Assembly: GCA_028289805.1 (NCBI GenBank)
Contig: JANQNI010000073.1
Coordinates: 1-27,463 of the forward strand
DNA: 27,463 nucleotides
Origin: Thermoplasmatota archaeon
GTDB lineage: Archaea; Thermoplasmatota; E2; JACPAO01; JAHFTW01
Direction of reading: 5' to 3'
The notes under the pieces are model-generated. The model ran no database searches and was not told the DNA's origin. It saw only the letters and a list, made by a program, of their open reading frames with translations. The position numbers were made by a program, and so were the translations under genes. Positions within the stretch are counted from its first letter, which is position 1. Every line of letters starts with the position of its first letter. Of the stretch, positions 25,090 to 27,463 are shown piece by piece.

Positions 25090-25638
25090 TCACTCGGGGA
25101 TGGGGACGTACCCAACGCCCAATCCGCACATGTAGTTGTCCGGCGCGTGGGCGGCCCCGGTCAGGAAGGCGATGTGGTGGTCGGCGGGGGCGTCGAACTC
25201 GTAGGCGTCCAGGGCGCCGAAGCCCTGGGGTTCCCCGGTGTCGAGCAGGATCTCGCCGCCCATGCCGACGAAGACGACGCGGGCGATGTAGATGCCGTGG
25301 CTGGCGCCGGCGTTGTAGTCGCCCCAGTAGACCTTCAGCTTGGTGATGAAGCGGTTGACCTCGACGGACGTCTGGTTGCCGCCGGTGCCCCCGTGCTGGA
25401 GGGTCTCCGTCTTCTCGCCCCACTGCTGTCCGTAGCTCACCGCGATGCCGTCGACGAGCCAGCCGTGGTTGGCGGTGAGGTGCGTGATGCGCGTGTTGGT
25501 CGGGATGGGGCCGAGCTTCTCGTTGAGCAGGTCGACGTCGTTGAACGGCGTGGCTCCCTTGCCCGCGTCGCGGCCGGCGGTTCCCTGGAAGAGGACGTTG
25601 AGGGGCAGGTATCCTTTGATGAGTTGTGTTCCTGGCAT
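25090..25638 (-). CDS. Jacalin-like (beta-prism I) lectin domain protein, no signal peptide
   Basis: PFND, RITHL..NHGWLVDGIAVSYG, HGGTGG, FITKLKVYWG, C-terminal I.FL.G...Y..GLG.GY pattern. ATG 25638 with SD GGGGAGG. Confidence 0.72.
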   Translation of the reverse strand: MPGTQLIKGYLPLNVLFQGTAGRDAGKGATPFNDVDLLNEKLGPIPTNTRITHLTANHGWLVDGIAVSYGQQWGEKTETLQHGGTGGNQTSVEVNRFITKLKVYWGDYNAGASHGIYIARVVFVGMGGEILLDTGEPQGFGALDAYEFDAPADHHIAFLTGAAHAPDNYMCGLGVGYVPIPE

Positions 25639-25738
25639 GGGCCTCCCCACGCCATTTGCATGCATCATTTCATTGTTGCGCAGGAGCTGGGCCCAAAAGA
25701 ATCGCAAGTAGATAGGATTATCGAAACCGCGCGGATTT

Positions 25739-27292
25739 CTAATTCAAGCGAATCCGGTGCGCCTCCCGCACGTGCTCCAGCCCCCGCAGCCCGTCCCGGG
25801 CCTGCCGGGGCACGCCGCCGTCGACGCGCACCACGGCCACCGCCGCCCCCGCGCCGTTGCGGGCGAGGCTGAGGTCGGCGACGTTGACGCCGGCGTCGGC
25901 CAGGATGCGCGTGATGCCGGCCAGGACGCCGGGCACGTCGTCGTGGCGCGTGAAGAGGAAGCGGCCGCGGGGGCGGAACTCCACGTCGTAGTGGTCGATG
26001 CGCGTCACGCGGGCGCCGTAGTGGGGCGTGTACGTCCCCTCCAACCGGATGCCGCCCCCGTCGCCGCGCACCTCGACGCAGACGTAGTCCGCCTGGTCGG
26101 GCGTGCCCCGGCCCGCCACCGTCCAGCCCTTCTCGTCGGCCATGCCGGGGGCGTTGATGGCGTTGACCGGCTCGTCGGTGCCGGCGCGCAGGGCGCCCAC
26201 GAGGGCGTGGATGCGCAGGGCGTCGGCGTCCAGGTCGGGGCCCGCCGACACCACGACCTCGGAGAGGGGGCCGTCGACGGCCTGGGCGCCGAAGGCGGCC
26301 AACTGCTCGGCGAGGCCCACCCAGGGGCGCATCGGTTCGGGGACGCGCACCTGGGCGTTGACGGCGTTGCCCGCGTCGCCGGAGTCCAGGAAATCGCACA
26401 CGCGCTCGACGGCCTGCACGGCCGCCTTGACCTGCGCCTCGTGCGTGGAGGCGCCCAGGTGGGGAGCGGCGACGACGCGGGGATGCTTGGCGAGCGACCA
26501 GTCGGTGGGGGGTTCCTCGCTCCACACGTCGACGCCCGCCGCCGCGACGCGGCCCGACGTCAGTCCCTCCAGCAGGGCGGGCTCGTCGAGCAGGCCGCCG
26601 CGCGCGGCGTTGACCACGATGCAGCCCTCCTTCAGCATCGCCACGCGCTCGGCGTCCAGCAGGTCGCGGGTCTTGGACGTCAGGGGGGTGTGGAACGTCA
26701 CCACGTCGGCGCGGCGGAACCCGTCCTCCAACTCCACCTTCTCGACGCCGAAGCCGGCGGCCGCCTCCGCCGTCACGAAGGGGTCGAAGCCGAGGCACGT
26801 CATCTCGAAGGCCTGCGCGCGCCGGGCCATCATGCGCCCGATGCGGCCCAACCCCACGATGAAGAGGGTCTTGCCGGCCAGCTCGACGCCCTTGAGGCGC
26901 TTGCGGGCCCAGTCCCCCTCCTTCATGGCCGCGTCGGCCTCCGGGACGCGGCGCGCGGCGGCGAGCATCAGCGCCCACGCCTGCTCCGCCGCCGACGTGA
27001 TGTTGCCGGTGGGGCTGTTGAAGACGGCGACGCCGGCGGCGGTGGCCGCCTCCAGGTCGACGTTGTCCACGCCCACGCCCGCCCGGCCCACCGCCCGCAG
27101 CCGCGGCGCCGCAGCCATCTCGTCGGGCCCGAGGCGGGTGCCGCTGCGGACGATCCACGCCTCCGCCTGCGCCACGGCGGCGGCGCGCGCGTCCCCGTCC
27201 AGGCCCGTGACGTCCACGGGGTCGTGACCGCGTTCCCGCAGCAGGGCGTATCCTTCTTCGGCGAGGGGGTCGGAGACGACGACGCGGGCCAT
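25739..27292 (-). CDS. serA: D-3-phosphoglycerate dehydrogenase (long form with C-terminal ACT domain)
   Basis: IVRSGT, GRAGVGVDNVD, NSPTGN..SAAE, GLGRIG, HTPLT, VNAARGG, PHLGASTHEAQ, HDDVPGVLAGIT. ATG 27292. Confidence 0.95.
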   Translation of the reverse strand: MARVVVSDPLAEEGYALLRERGHDPVDVTGLDGDARAAAVAQAEAWIVRSGTRLGPDEMAAAPRLRAVGRAGVGVDNVDLEAATAAGVAVFNSPTGNITSAAEQAWALMLAAARRVPEADAAMKEGDWARKRLKGVELAGKTLFIVGLGRIGRMMARRAQAFEMTCLGFDPFVTAEAAAGFGVEKVELEDGFRRADVVTFHTPLTSKTRDLLDAERVAMLKEGCIVVNAARGGLLDEPALLEGLTSGRVAAAGVDVWSEEPPTDWSLAKHPRVVAAPHLGASTHEAQVKAAVQAVERVCDFLDSGDAGNAVNAQVRVPEPMRPWVGLAEQLAAFGAQAVDGPLSEVVVSAGPDLDADALRIHALVGALRAGTDEPVNAINAPGMADEKGWTVAGRGTPDQADYVCVEVRGDGGGIRLEGTYTPHYGARVTRIDHYDVEFRPRGRFLFTRHDDVPGVLAGITRILADAGVNVADLSLARNGAGAAVAVVRVDGGVPRQARDGLRGLEHVREAHRIRLN

Positions 27293-27319
27293 GGACGGCC
27301 TGGGACGCGGGGGCTCTTG

Positions 27320-27326
27320 CTTAAAC
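27320..27326. promoter_or_regulatory. TATA-like box, possibly bidirectional
   Basis: CTTAAAC on + lies about 23-29 nt before the GTG at 27349. TTTAAG on - lies 28-33 nt before the serA ATG. Confidence 0.45.
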
Positions 27327-27348
27327 CGATGGCTCCGGCTCTGCGTCC

Positions 27349-27463
27349 GTGGCCAGCCAAGCCGCCCAGGCGTGGGCGCCCCCCGCCGCCGCGCTGCCGT
27401 TCGCCGTCCTCGCCGTCGCACTCGGCGACCCCACCGGAGACAGCGTTCCGGTCCGCGTGGGCG
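27349..27463 (+). CDS. Possible 5' end of a hypothetical protein (truncated by window)
   Basis: Open frame from GTG 27349: MASQAAQAWAPPAAALPFAVLAVALGDPTGDSVPVRVG. Host-like C/G-ending codons and a TATA-like box at leaderless spacing; too short to identify. Confidence 0.3.
   Translation, partial: MASQAAQAWAPPAAALPFAVLAVALGDPTGDSVPVRVG

Noticed and set aside
25639-25740. Imperfect inverted repeat GAAACCGCGCGGATTTC and an N-terminal extension of the jacalin ORF to 25707
   Set aside because: The symmetry is weak and bulged. The strong SD before ATG 25638 favours the shorter protein.
102-27421. Many long antisense or alternate-frame ORFs (e.g. 102-1145, 4521-6416, 9265-11076, 13190-15067, 15238-17037, 23074-24978, 25665-27158)
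   Set aside because: They are shadow ORFs of high-GC3 coding sequence. Each overlaps a gene with clear family motifs and has Arg/Pro/Gly-rich or acidic mirror composition with no motifs of its own.

Overview
High-GC archaeal chromosomal segment. Deoxyhypusine synthase, a CCA-less tRNA, TATA-like boxes and a split nuoJ indicate an archaeon; Thermoplasmatota is my inference. Order: 3' end of a bacterial-type topA, an AI-2E transporter, tRNA-Gly(TCC), and an NDUFAF7/MidA-family methyltransferase. Next is a 1683-aa secreted mosaic Zn-metalloprotease (FN3, beta-gamma-crystallin, PPC, PKD and jelly-roll modules) with tandem palindromes upstream. Then come a complex I-like operon nuoABCDHIJ1J2KLMN lacking nuoEFG, an nfu / His-rich membrane protein / ogt cluster, gdhA, dys, an S8 protease, a jacalin-like protein and serA. 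The most unexpected signal is a pair of 68-83 bp intercistronic elements inside the nuo operon. Each is flanked by a direct repeat of the SD/stop junction, encodes a translationally coupled mini-ORF, and carries a GAGCG-N-AGCGA motif, an architecture resembling mycobacterial MIRUs. All calls come from manual reading; no searches were run.
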